This document shows, one piece after another, positions 56,380-64,000 of a stretch of 64,000 nt of DNA. The DNA is taken from NCBI GenBank assembly GCA_038845265.1, contig JAWBQR010000003.1, positions 89,337-153,336 of the forward strand, written 5' to 3'. Position numbers and translations under genes: made by a program. Source of the stretch: Nitrososphaerota archaeon. Lineage in GTDB: Archaea > Thermoproteota > Nitrososphaeria_A > Caldarchaeales > Calditenuaceae. The notes under the pieces were generated by a model. The model worked only from the letters and a program-made list of their open reading frames with translations. It did no database searches and was not told where the DNA came from. How positions within the stretch are numbered: the stretch's first letter is position 1; every line of letters begins with the position of its first letter.

Positions 56380-57426
56380 CTAAATTTTTGTAGAAAGCTC
56401 CTCGATTGCCTTAATGTATATTGATACTGATAATTTCAGCTCATCGACCGATATCTTTTCGTTTGGGGTATGGGCTAATAGCGAGTTTCCTGGGCCACAG
56501 GCAGCTATATCACTGCTCAACTTAAATAAAATATTCATATCACTTGTCCCCGTCTTTTTTAGTATTTTTGGCTTTAGTCCATGCTTAATGATTGACCTAA
56601 TAAGCGCCCTCGGCACAGGTGATGATAGACTAGCGCTGAATGGCTCTGTTGAGTCTATAATAGAGAGCTTACACCCATGAAGCGAAGCTATCACCTCAAC
56701 CTTCTCGAGAATGGAGTTTGTGTCAACCCCGGGTGGAAATCTGATGTTGATGGTTGCCTCTGCTTTTTCTGGAAGCTTTGTCGGCCAATCTCCAGCCCTT
56801 ATCATGGTTACTGCTGATGTCGTCTCTTCATAGCTGCTGCCCGAGAATACTGCCTTTACTTCGTTGATTGCGTCCAGCAGTTTATCTAGTGCTGAGTCGC
56901 CTACGTAGGGTGCTGAACTATGTCCACCCCTACCGCTCGAAGTTAACGTAAATGTCAAGCTTCCACGATAGCTTATCGCTATGCCTATGACTCCTGTTGG
57001 CTCTCCAATGATTATGTGGTCTGCCCTAAATCCACTCTCGAGTAGTCCAAGGGCGCCTGTCCCTGCGCCTTCCTCATCTACTAGTCCGGCGACCACTACT
57101 CGATAGTTTTGTCCTATTTGGGCCTTGGCGCCTGCCGAGATCATGGCGGCCAGCGGTCCCTTAGCGTCAACTGCTCCTCTCCCAATAATCACACCAGACC
57201 TCTGACTAACTGGTAATTCTCCCGGAACAGTGTCTACATGGCTTGCCAGAAGGATTGTTCTTTCACCGCTACCCCTGACTAGAAGATAATTCCCAGACTT
57301 GTCTATCATCAGCTCGTCATAGCCTAGTTCTCTTTGTAGCCTATTCATCTCGGATTCAAGCAGCCTCTCATCTCCGCTGGGTGTATATACCTTTAGTAAT
57401 GAGAGGAGAATTTCATCTACCTCCAA
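56380..57426 (-). CDS. lysK: [LysW]-lysine/ornithine hydrolase (M20 family)
   Basis: ASHVDTV, GRGAVDAKG, DEE, GEP, GTSDMN, GPGNSLLAHT; operon context. Confidence 0.93.
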   Translation of the reverse strand: MEVDEILLSLLKVYTPSGDERLLESEMNRLQRELGYDELMIDKSGNYLLVRGSGERTILLASHVDTVPGELPVSQRSGVIIGRGAVDAKGPLAAMISAGAKAQIGQNYRVVVAGLVDEEGAGTGALGLLESGFRADHIIIGEPTGVIGIAISYRGSLTFTLTSSGRGGHSSAPYVGDSALDKLLDAINEVKAVFSGSSYEETTSAVTMIRAGDWPTKLPEKAEATINIRFPPGVDTNSILEKVEVIASLHGCKLSIIDSTEPFSASLSSPVPRALIRSIIKHGLKPKILKKTGTSDMNILFKLSSDIAACGPGNSLLAHTPNEKISVDELKLSVSIYIKAIEELSTKI

Positions 57427-57432
57427 CTCTCT

Positions 57433-58623
57433 TCACCCTCTTTTCCCAGTGTGCTCGCAATATAGCCGCACCGCCTCATCAATTACTCTTATGCTCCAGT
57501 CAATATCTTCTTCGGTTATTAAGTATGGTGGAAGAAATCTGAGCACGGTCGAGCCTGCCTTAAGGGCTAATAATCCTCTCGTCTGGAGGAGCCGAATAAT
57601 CTCTGCTGGATTAAACCTAATATCGAGACCTATCATCAGCCCTTTGCCCTTAACTCCCCTGACTATTGATGGATATGTCTTCGCGATTTCAGATAAGCCA
57701 TTTGCTAAATGGTTACCCTTCTCAGCTGACTTAAGAGGAACGTTATCCCTCAGCAAAACCTTGGTCCCGCCTATGACTGCGGCCAGCGCCAGTGGGTTCC
57801 CGCCATGAGTAGACCCATGCTCTGCCTCCTCGACCCTGGACGCAATCTCGTCATTCACAGCTACGATGCTCACTGGGAAGCCGCCGCCTATGGATTTCCC
57901 AGCCACCATTATGTCCGGATCTATGTCATACTCTTCATGTGACCAGAGCCTGCCGGTTCGTCCAAACCCTGTCTGCACTTCATCAATTATCAATATTGAA
58001 CCCATATTTCTGCATCTATCTGCCAAGGCCTTCATGAATTCCTTATTAGCCACGCTGAGGCCGCCTTCGCCCTGAACAGGCTCGATAATCACTGCGGCAA
58101 ATGACTCATCGATCTTATCAAGGCTGGAGACATCATTGAACGGCAGAAATATGTGCTCCCATGGAAATGGGTCGTAACCGGCTCTATACTTAGGATTATG
58201 TGTCATTGCAAGGGCGCCCATGGTACGCCCATGAAATGCTCCGGTAAAAGACGCGAATCTACGTCTACCTGTTCTTTTCCTTGCGAGCTTCAGCGCAAGC
58301 TCAACTGCCTCACTTCCACTATTCAAGAAGTATACATTCTTAAGCCTTCTTGGAAGTATTTTTCCTAGCATTGCCAGACAATCGTCAAGGACCTGCGAGT
58401 CAAATATCGGTGGGCAAGTCATCACTTTTGATGCCTGCTCGATAATCATTTCCACTATTACGGGGTTGGAGTGGCCTAGGAATGCAGCTCCGTTTCCTGT
58501 GTGATAGTCAAGGTATCTTTTCCCATCTATGTCCCAGACATATTGTCCCTGAGCCCTTACTATCTTTATTCCTCTACTTGGAAAAAACCTTATGAGCCTA
58601 GCATACTCATTGTCTCTAATCAT
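57433..58623 (-). CDS. lysJ: [LysW]-aminoadipate/glutamate semialdehyde transaminase
   Basis: NSGSEAVE, FHGRT, EPVQGEGG, DEVQTG, GKSIGGG, THGGNP. Confidence 0.93.
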   Translation of the reverse strand: MIRDNEYARLIRFFPSRGIKIVRAQGQYVWDIDGKRYLDYHTGNGAAFLGHSNPVIVEMIIEQASKVMTCPPIFDSQVLDDCLAMLGKILPRRLKNVYFLNSGSEAVELALKLARKRTGRRRFASFTGAFHGRTMGALAMTHNPKYRAGYDPFPWEHIFLPFNDVSSLDKIDESFAAVIIEPVQGEGGLSVANKEFMKALADRCRNMGSILIIDEVQTGFGRTGRLWSHEEYDIDPDIMVAGKSIGGGFPVSIVAVNDEIASRVEEAEHGSTHGGNPLALAAVIGGTKVLLRDNVPLKSAEKGNHLANGLSEIAKTYPSIVRGVKGKGLMIGLDIRFNPAEIIRLLQTRGLLALKAGSTVLRFLPPYLITEEDIDWSIRVIDEAVRLYCEHTGKRG

Positions 58624-59474
58624 TTCTTGAACACTTCGACTGTAGACTTGATTATATCTCCTGCTAGGTCATATCCAGTGACTTGGACAGTATTTCTAAA
58701 CTCAATAACTGCATTTATCTCTCCGACTAGGCTTTCGCCATCCTTAGTCTCCATCAGGTCAATCCCTAATACGCCACCACCAACAGCATCACCGGCCTTA
58801 ATAATTAACTCGGCCTGCTCGTCGGTCAGATCTGCCTTCACTGCCCTCCCACCAAGAGCAGTATTTGTCTTCCATCGTTTGCTGTATCGATAAATAGCTA
58901 CGGGAACCCTTCCCCACACGTAAAATGCCCTAATATCTCGATCGGGCTTATCAACGTACTGTTGAATATAATGTATCTTGAAATGAGGAGAGGACATTGA
59001 TTCTCTAAAATCAAGAATATCTAGGAGATCGTCTTCTGTAGTAGCTCTTGCAATGAATCGACCCCAACTACCGAGAATAGGCTTTACCACAACGGGATAT
59101 CCTAATTCGCGAGCTGCCTCAATCGCTTTCTCCTTACTATAAGCTACGGCCGTCCTTGGGACCGGTATCCCCTTACTTGCAAGAATCGCAGTAGTTACCA
59201 ATTTATCGCCGCAATCCCTAATTATTCTGTATGAATTAACTACGGCTACTCCTTTTCCCTCAAGGATGGCCGCGGAGGAAAGGGCCCTATAATGACTAAC
59301 ACATCTCTCTAGCACGAATCCTATGTCTCTGTATTCCTCGCTTGATGTGTCATTTAGCCAGTCTATTCTTCTAAGAATAAAAATAGGCTTGATCGTATGT
59401 CCTAGCCGTCTTGCTGCATCGATTAGAAACTTCTCTTCAGCCCTGAGGAGGTCATACGCGAGCCCGATTATCAC
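58620..59474 (-). CDS. lysX: Alpha-aminoadipate--LysW ligase
   Basis: KPILGSWGR, KPDRDIR, WKTNTALG and EFRN signatures of the LysX type. Confidence 0.9.
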   Translation of the reverse strand: MIIGLAYDLLRAEEKFLIDAARRLGHTIKPIFILRRIDWLNDTSSEEYRDIGFVLERCVSHYRALSSAAILEGKGVAVVNSYRIIRDCGDKLVTTAILASKGIPVPRTAVAYSKEKAIEAARELGYPVVVKPILGSWGRFIARATTEDDLLDILDFRESMSSPHFKIHYIQQYVDKPDRDIRAFYVWGRVPVAIYRYSKRWKTNTALGGRAVKADLTDEQAELIIKAGDAVGGGVLGIDLMETKDGESLVGEINAVIEFRNTVQVTGYDLAGDIIKSTVEVFKK

Positions 59475-59486
59475 ATTAAGGCTCCC

Positions 59487-59660
59487 CTATTCACCCCAAT
59501 CTTCAGCGACTTCCTCGGCTATTTTTAATGCAAACTGGTTATTCTCAACTACAAGCTCTAGCTGAGCACCACATTCTTGGTGTTCAAATAGCTCACCTTC
59601 TAATGCATCGTCAGGAACATCTACTAATCCCTCACATACCGGACATTTTAGCTTAGGCAC
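59487..59660 (-). CDS. lysW: Amino-group carrier protein LysW
   Basis: CPVC...HQECG Zn knuckle, C-terminal EDWGE; start set to GTG 59660 after GGTGA. Confidence 0.96.
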   Translation of the reverse strand: MPKLKCPVCEGLVDVPDDALEGELFEHQECGAQLELVVENNQFALKIAEEVAEDWGE

Positions 59661-59706
59661 TACTCGTTCACCACTTGGAATTTCGAAGAGCAAAACCTTA
59701 TCGCCC

Positions 59707-59732
59707 TTTATAAACATATCGTAAAACAATAT
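59707..59732 (-). promoter_or_regulatory. lysWXJK TATA box with adjacent Lrp/LysM-type semi-palindrome
   Basis: TTTATAAA at 59707-59714; ATATCGT-AAA-ACAATAT at 59716-59732 (6/7 arm match, 3-bp AT centre). Confidence 0.45.
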
Positions 59733-59776
59733 TCACAAATAGATTCATGATTCGATAGACAAGAAGAGGCTATCTT

Positions 59777-60577
59777 TCATGTTCTTATCAATGTTCCCTT
59801 CATGCTACTAATATTCTCGATCGGGTCATCGCCTAGACCACTACATATTAATGCTTGTTTAGCTCCACCCTGGACCGCTTCAGCCGCTAACATGAGTTTC
59901 CTATTCATCCCTGGGCCGATCTTAGCAGCCAACTCTGTTGCCTCTTGAGGATTAAGCCTTTCAACCAATTTTCCATTATATAACACTCCGTCAACGTCTG
60001 TCATTAATACAAGCATATCGGCATTCAATGACTTTGCTATTATTGCTGCAGCTTGATCACCATCGACATTAAGCAGCTCTCCCTCTAACCCAATCGCTAT
60101 CGGTGAAACTACTACGATGTATCCATTATTCGTAAGTAGCTCCAATATTGAATGATTAACCAGCTTTACCTGGCCAGTGTAGCCACCGTCAATAATCCTC
60201 TTTCGTCCATGCTCATCAACTATAATTATTTTCTTCTTACGCTCAGCGACTAGTAATCCAGCATCTGCACCTGTTAGTCCTATCGCACGTCCACCCAGCC
60301 TCTGAATCGTTGATATAATTTTTTTATTGAGCTTGCCTGCCATAATCTGAACATATACATCAAGCTCAGCCTCATCTGTATAACGACTCCTAATTCCGCT
60401 AGGGGATACTACAAACTTAGGCTCTATACCAAGACGCTTACACATCTCCGACACCATATCTCCACCACCATGAACAAAGACAATCTTCTCATCTCTCTGC
60501 CACACCCTAACTATACTCTTAGCAATATTCTCCATATTTGATGCAAGAACTCTTCCCCCAGCCTTAACCACGAGCAT
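59777..60577 (-). CDS. lysZ: [LysW]-aminoadipate/glutamate kinase
   Basis: VVKAGG, VHGGG, SGIRSRYT, DGGYTG, LNVDGD, GMNRK. Confidence 0.95.
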   Translation of the reverse strand: MLVVKAGGRVLASNMENIAKSIVRVWQRDEKIVFVHGGGDMVSEMCKRLGIEPKFVVSPSGIRSRYTDEAELDVYVQIMAGKLNKKIISTIQRLGGRAIGLTGADAGLLVAERKKKIIIVDEHGRKRIIDGGYTGQVKLVNHSILELLTNNGYIVVVSPIAIGLEGELLNVDGDQAAAIIAKSLNADMLVLMTDVDGVLYNGKLVERLNPQEATELAAKIGPGMNRKLMLAAEAVQGGAKQALICSGLGDDPIENISSMKGTLIRT

Positions 60578-60587
60578 CCATACTCAC

Positions 60588-61643
60588 CTACGCTGGACTT
60601 ATGGGAGGAGACTCGAGACCTGTCTTTTCATCAAAACCACACATTATATTCATGCATTGGACAGCCTGCCCCGCGGCTCCCTTAATCAGGTTGTCAATAG
60701 CCCCGAATAGTGCTGCTCTTTTCCTACTCTCCTCTACGGCAAACCCGACATCGCAGTAGTTACTCCCAATCGTATATTTTGGGTCTGGATACTTGACCGG
60801 CCCAGTCCTAACGATCCTAATGAAGGGCTCCTTGCCATACATCTGTGCATATGCCCTCCATATTTCATTGCTCCCGACACCGTCAATTATCCAAACATGG
60901 CAAGTAGCTAACGCGCCTCTCACACTCCCAACCGCGTGGGGAACCATAGCCACGCTAATCTTCCTCTCAGCGAGAATGCTGAGCTCCTGCTCAACCTCTG
61001 CAACATGTCTATGACCCTCAGCCTCATATGGCCGCATAACGTTCGCCCTCTCCGGATGATGAGTACCATGAGTTGGCCCTCTGCCAGCCTCACTACTACC
61101 TACCTTTACATCTACAGCTATATGTCCAAGATCAATTAGCTTATTCTTCACTACAGGTGCTAATGCCAGTATGGCTGCGGTCGAATTACATCCAGGACAA
61201 GCAACAAGATCTGCATTCCTGATCTCAGCTCTATGCAACTCTGGCAAACCATATACACTGCGTGAAAGCAACTCGACAAGCGGATGCTTAAATCCATACC
61301 ATTCCTCATATAGTAATGGGTCTTTAAGCCTAAAATCTGGGCTCAGGTCAATTACTTTTAAACCAACCTCGAGGAGATGACCAACAATTCCCACTGAGAC
61401 ACCTGCAGGAACGCTGAGAAAGACAAGGTCTGCACTACTAGTGATCTTACCGATATCAAGATCGCTAAACTTGAGATTGGTGTAAAATCCTCTTAGATTG
61501 AGGTGGACCGATGATAAAGGCTTGCCTGAATACTCCCTCGAAGTTGCCGCGACAACCTCTACCTCTTTATGAGTCGCCAAGATTCTTAGAAGTTCCCCGC
61601 CAGTATAACCGCTTGCGCCTATGACGGCAACTCTAACAGTCAT
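60588..61643 (-). CDS. lysY: [LysW]-aminoadipate/glutamate phosphate reductase (ArgC family)
   Basis: GASGYTGGEL, DLSPDFRL, YGLPELH, CPGC, HHPER, HRHVAE, DNLIKGAAG. Confidence 0.95.
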   Translation of the reverse strand: MTVRVAVIGASGYTGGELLRILATHKEVEVVAATSREYSGKPLSSVHLNLRGFYTNLKFSDLDIGKITSSADLVFLSVPAGVSVGIVGHLLEVGLKVIDLSPDFRLKDPLLYEEWYGFKHPLVELLSRSVYGLPELHRAEIRNADLVACPGCNSTAAILALAPVVKNKLIDLGHIAVDVKVGSSEAGRGPTHGTHHPERANVMRPYEAEGHRHVAEVEQELSILAERKISVAMVPHAVGSVRGALATCHVWIIDGVGSNEIWRAYAQMYGKEPFIRIVRTGPVKYPDPKYTIGSNYCDVGFAVEESRKRAALFGAIDNLIKGAAGQAVQCMNIMCGFDEKTGLESPPISPA

Positions 61644-62494
61644 TTCTTAGACACCCCTATGAGGAACTTTACCAATTCTGACGCTACATCTATACCCGTC
61701 GCCTCCATAAATCCCTTAAACTCAGGCACACCATTAACCTCATTTACATAAAGCATACCTGAGCTATCCTCCAAAATATCTACAGAGATAAAGTCACCCT
61801 TGACTGATTCTGCAGCCTTAATACTTATCTCCTCTAATACCGGGTCTAGCTTCCTCTGCACCGGCTTTCCTCCAAGCGCTATATTTGCTCTCCATTCATC
61901 ACCAATGCTGATTCTATACATTGCTCCAAGAACCTCCCCACCGATAACTATGGCCCTGATATCACGATTATTAGTCTCAATATAGTCCTGCATAATGTGT
62001 ATCTTGAGCTGCTGACTAGGGAGCATCTGTCTATGCTCAAGGAGACTCCTCCAGCTAACCGTGTCGGTGACTAATGAAACAAGACGCCCCCAACTCCCTA
62101 TAGGAGGCTTATCAACAAAAGGCTTCTTTAACGCCCTGTAAGCAGCCTGAGCCGACTCTGTATCCATAGCAACTATGCTTCTCGGAACATTTAGTCCAGC
62201 GTTCTTTATTTTGCTAAGCGTGAGTATTTTATCGCCGCAGATCAAGATTGTGTAGGAGGAATTTACTGCTATTCCTCCACCAGACTCTCTGAGGGCCGCT
62301 GCATAAAGGGACTTATACATAGATACTGATCTCACGAGTGAGACGTCGGCAATCCTCTCTCCCAGTTGCAGGGGCTTGTTGTTTATGTTTGTGAGGATTA
62401 CTTCGCAGTTGTTTGCTTTTAGCTTATCGATTATTAGTTTCTCCTCTAGCCTGGGATAGTCATAGAGCATCTCGATCTTCAAGTTGTTTTCCAC
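61640..62494 (-). CDS. argX: Glutamate--LysW ligase (second LysX paralog)
   Basis: DKPPIGSWGRLVSL, EWRANIALG and PEFKG signatures of the ArgX type. Confidence 0.85.
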   Translation of the reverse strand: MENNLKIEMLYDYPRLEEKLIIDKLKANNCEVILTNINNKPLQLGERIADVSLVRSVSMYKSLYAAALRESGGGIAVNSSYTILICGDKILTLSKIKNAGLNVPRSIVAMDTESAQAAYRALKKPFVDKPPIGSWGRLVSLVTDTVSWRSLLEHRQMLPSQQLKIHIMQDYIETNNRDIRAIVIGGEVLGAMYRISIGDEWRANIALGGKPVQRKLDPVLEEISIKAAESVKGDFISVDILEDSSGMLYVNEVNGVPEFKGFMEATGIDVASELVKFLIGVSKK

Positions 62495-62621
62495 CTGTCG
62501 CTGTATCTGTTTTCGGGAGCACTGTACTAGGATAAAAACCCGATTGGTTGATTAAGATTCCTAGCGTTTTTTCCTCTGGTCTGGGCATGGGTTTTTTAGG
62601 TTGTCTTGGTGCTGTGTTGTT

Positions 62622-63608
62622 GTGAGTCGATTCCGTATTCCTACTTTTAGGGATGTATGTGTTGCTAGGAGGATTGTCTCTAGGTATCTTAAGCCTACGC
62701 CCCTTGTTTATTCTAGGAAGGCCTCGAGGATTCTTGGATGTGATGTCTACTTTAAGCTCGAGAATCTTCAGCCTGTCCGGGCCTTCAAGGTTAGGGGCGG
62801 CGTGTATTACATGTATAGGATGAGGGAGGAGGCAGCTAGGAGAGGAGTTGTGACTGCTTCTACTGGTAATCATGCCCAATCAATTGCGTATGCTGGCTCG
62901 CTCTTCGGCGTTGATGTAAAGATCGTTATGCCTCATGGTGTTCCGCAGATTAAGATCGAGGCTGTTAAGGATCTTGGAGCCGAAGTGATTATTCATGGGT
63001 CTTATTTCGAGGAGTCTAGAATGTTTGCTGAGAGATTGGCGGAGGAGAAGGGATATCTGTTTGTCCATTCGATTAATGAGCCATTGCTGTACGAGGGTGT
63101 CGGCTCGATGCATCTGGAGGTCTTGGAGGAGCTGCCGGACGTGGACGTCGTGATTAATCCCCTCGGCGGCGGCTCTGGCGTAGCTAGTGGATGCATCGTG
63201 TATAAGACGGTGGACCCGTCGATCATGGTCTTTGCGGTTCAGGCGGAGGGTGCTCCGGCTTTTTATGAATCTTGGCGGCGTGGCGAGTTGGTTGATTTGG
63301 GGAGAGTCTCTACGAGGGCTGAGGGGCTTGCGGCGGGTAGGGCCTATGAGCTGCCTTTCATGATTCTGAGGGAGAGGTTGAATGATGTTTTGCTTGTGAG
63401 TGATGCTGAGATGGAGGGTGCTGTGAGGTTTATCTTTGATGCGATTCGGCAGGTGGCTGAGCTTAGTGGTGCTGCTTCTACTGCGGCTGCCTTTAAGATT
63501 AGGAATCTCTTGGAGGGGAAGAGGGTTGTGTTGATGGTGACTGGTGGGAATATTGATGCTGACTCGTTTGCCTCTATCTTGAAGGGTAGCTCAGTTAAGC
63601 AGCCGTGA
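62622..63608 (+). CDS. Threonine/serine dehydratase (PLP fold type II, no ACT domain)
   Basis: FKLENLQPVRAFKVRG, ASTGNHAQ, PLGGGSG, AEGLA, TGGN; start probably GTG 62622. Confidence 0.9.
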   Translation: MSRFRIPTFRDVCVARRIVSRYLKPTPLVYSRKASRILGCDVYFKLENLQPVRAFKVRGGVYYMYRMREEAARRGVVTASTGNHAQSIAYAGSLFGVDVKIVMPHGVPQIKIEAVKDLGAEVIIHGSYFEESRMFAERLAEEKGYLFVHSINEPLLYEGVGSMHLEVLEELPDVDVVINPLGGGSGVASGCIVYKTVDPSIMVFAVQAEGAPAFYESWRRGELVDLGRVSTRAEGLAAGRAYELPFMILRERLNDVLLVSDAEMEGAVRFIFDAIRQVAELSGAASTAAAFKIRNLLEGKRVVLMVTGGNIDADSFASILKGSSVKQP

Positions 63609-63726
63609 TTTTTCATGAAAATTGCTTAACACCTCCATGTATTCTTGAATTCGGCTTTCTCGTAGTTATTGTCTGGATTTTCATCTTTCAACAATATATT
63701 ATAATGATGAGAAGATAATAAAGAAT

Positions 63727-64000
63727 GTGACATATATAATTAATTATTTCTTGTTTAAAAATCTCATAAATCTATCTTCAAGCATAATTGTATCGACTGC
63801 CGCAACAATAGTGGCATTTGCCTTTTCAAGATTCAACTTTAAGTATCGAAATTCGCTGCTATTCTGGTTTCTCAGCCTGCTACTAACGCCACCCATAGTT
63901 TTCACTATTCCTTATTATATCCTGATGTCAAACATAGGACTCAGGGGAACATACGTAGGACTCGTTATTGTTTATCAGACCTTCGCCATACCCCTTACAA
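63727..64000 (+). CDS. Carbohydrate ABC permease (MalG-like), partial; N-terminus appears missing
   Basis: Manual translation: SIIVSTAATIVAFAFSRFNFKYRNSLLFWFLSLLLTPPIVFTIPYYILMSNIGLRGTYVGLVIVYQTFAIPL; runs off the window. Confidence 0.7.
   Translation, partial: MTYIINYFLFKNLINLSSSIIVSTAATIVAFAFSRFNFKYRNSLLFWFLSLLLTPPIVFTIPYYILMSNIGLRGTYVGLVIVYQTFAIPLT

Noticed and set aside
59661-59729. N-terminal extension of LysW in the ORF track
   Set aside because: Overlaps the TATA box and SD; GTG 59660 gives a normal 57-aa LysW
1-64000. CRISPR arrays, rRNA, integrases, transposases or att duplications at the two tRNAs
   Set aside because: None seen on reading; no repeat-spacer periodicity or duplicated tRNA 3' ends noticed, but no computational scan was run

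Overview
Gene-dense archaeal chromosomal window (about 60 CDS, 2 tRNA genes). The gene content points to a TACK archaeon, most likely Aigarchaeota/Caldarchaeales (inference from crenactin + arcadin-2, crenarchaeal-type SSB, pantoate kinase/phosphopantothenate synthetase, LysW pathway with separate LysX and ArgX, a TackOD1-like protein and a doubly intron-interrupted tRNA). Housekeeping blocks: rpl3-rpl4, an N-glycosylation-related cluster, ilvE, lysS, ssb, stomatin-nfeD, pok-pps-panB-panE-thiL, kdgK-eda, leuS, trxB, nfi, an iron/cobalamin ABC transporter, rpiA-argH and argX-lysYZ-lysWXJK. No CRISPR array, rRNA, integrase or transposase was seen. Most notable observations: (1) an uncharacterised nucleotidyltransferase-like + metallophosphoesterase + APC permease module; (2) a 10-aa micropeptide ORF with complete TATA and SD signals between an MFS transporter and a tandem-HTH regulator; (3) a ribophorin I-like protein next to aglH; (4) tRNA-His(GTG) with two BHB introns whose folds compete; (5) a CBS+HPF-like hibernation factor candidate; (6) CTG starts missed by the ORF track; (7) a 19-bp inverted repeat around the rpl3 promoter. 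All calls come from reading motifs by eye; no database search was run.
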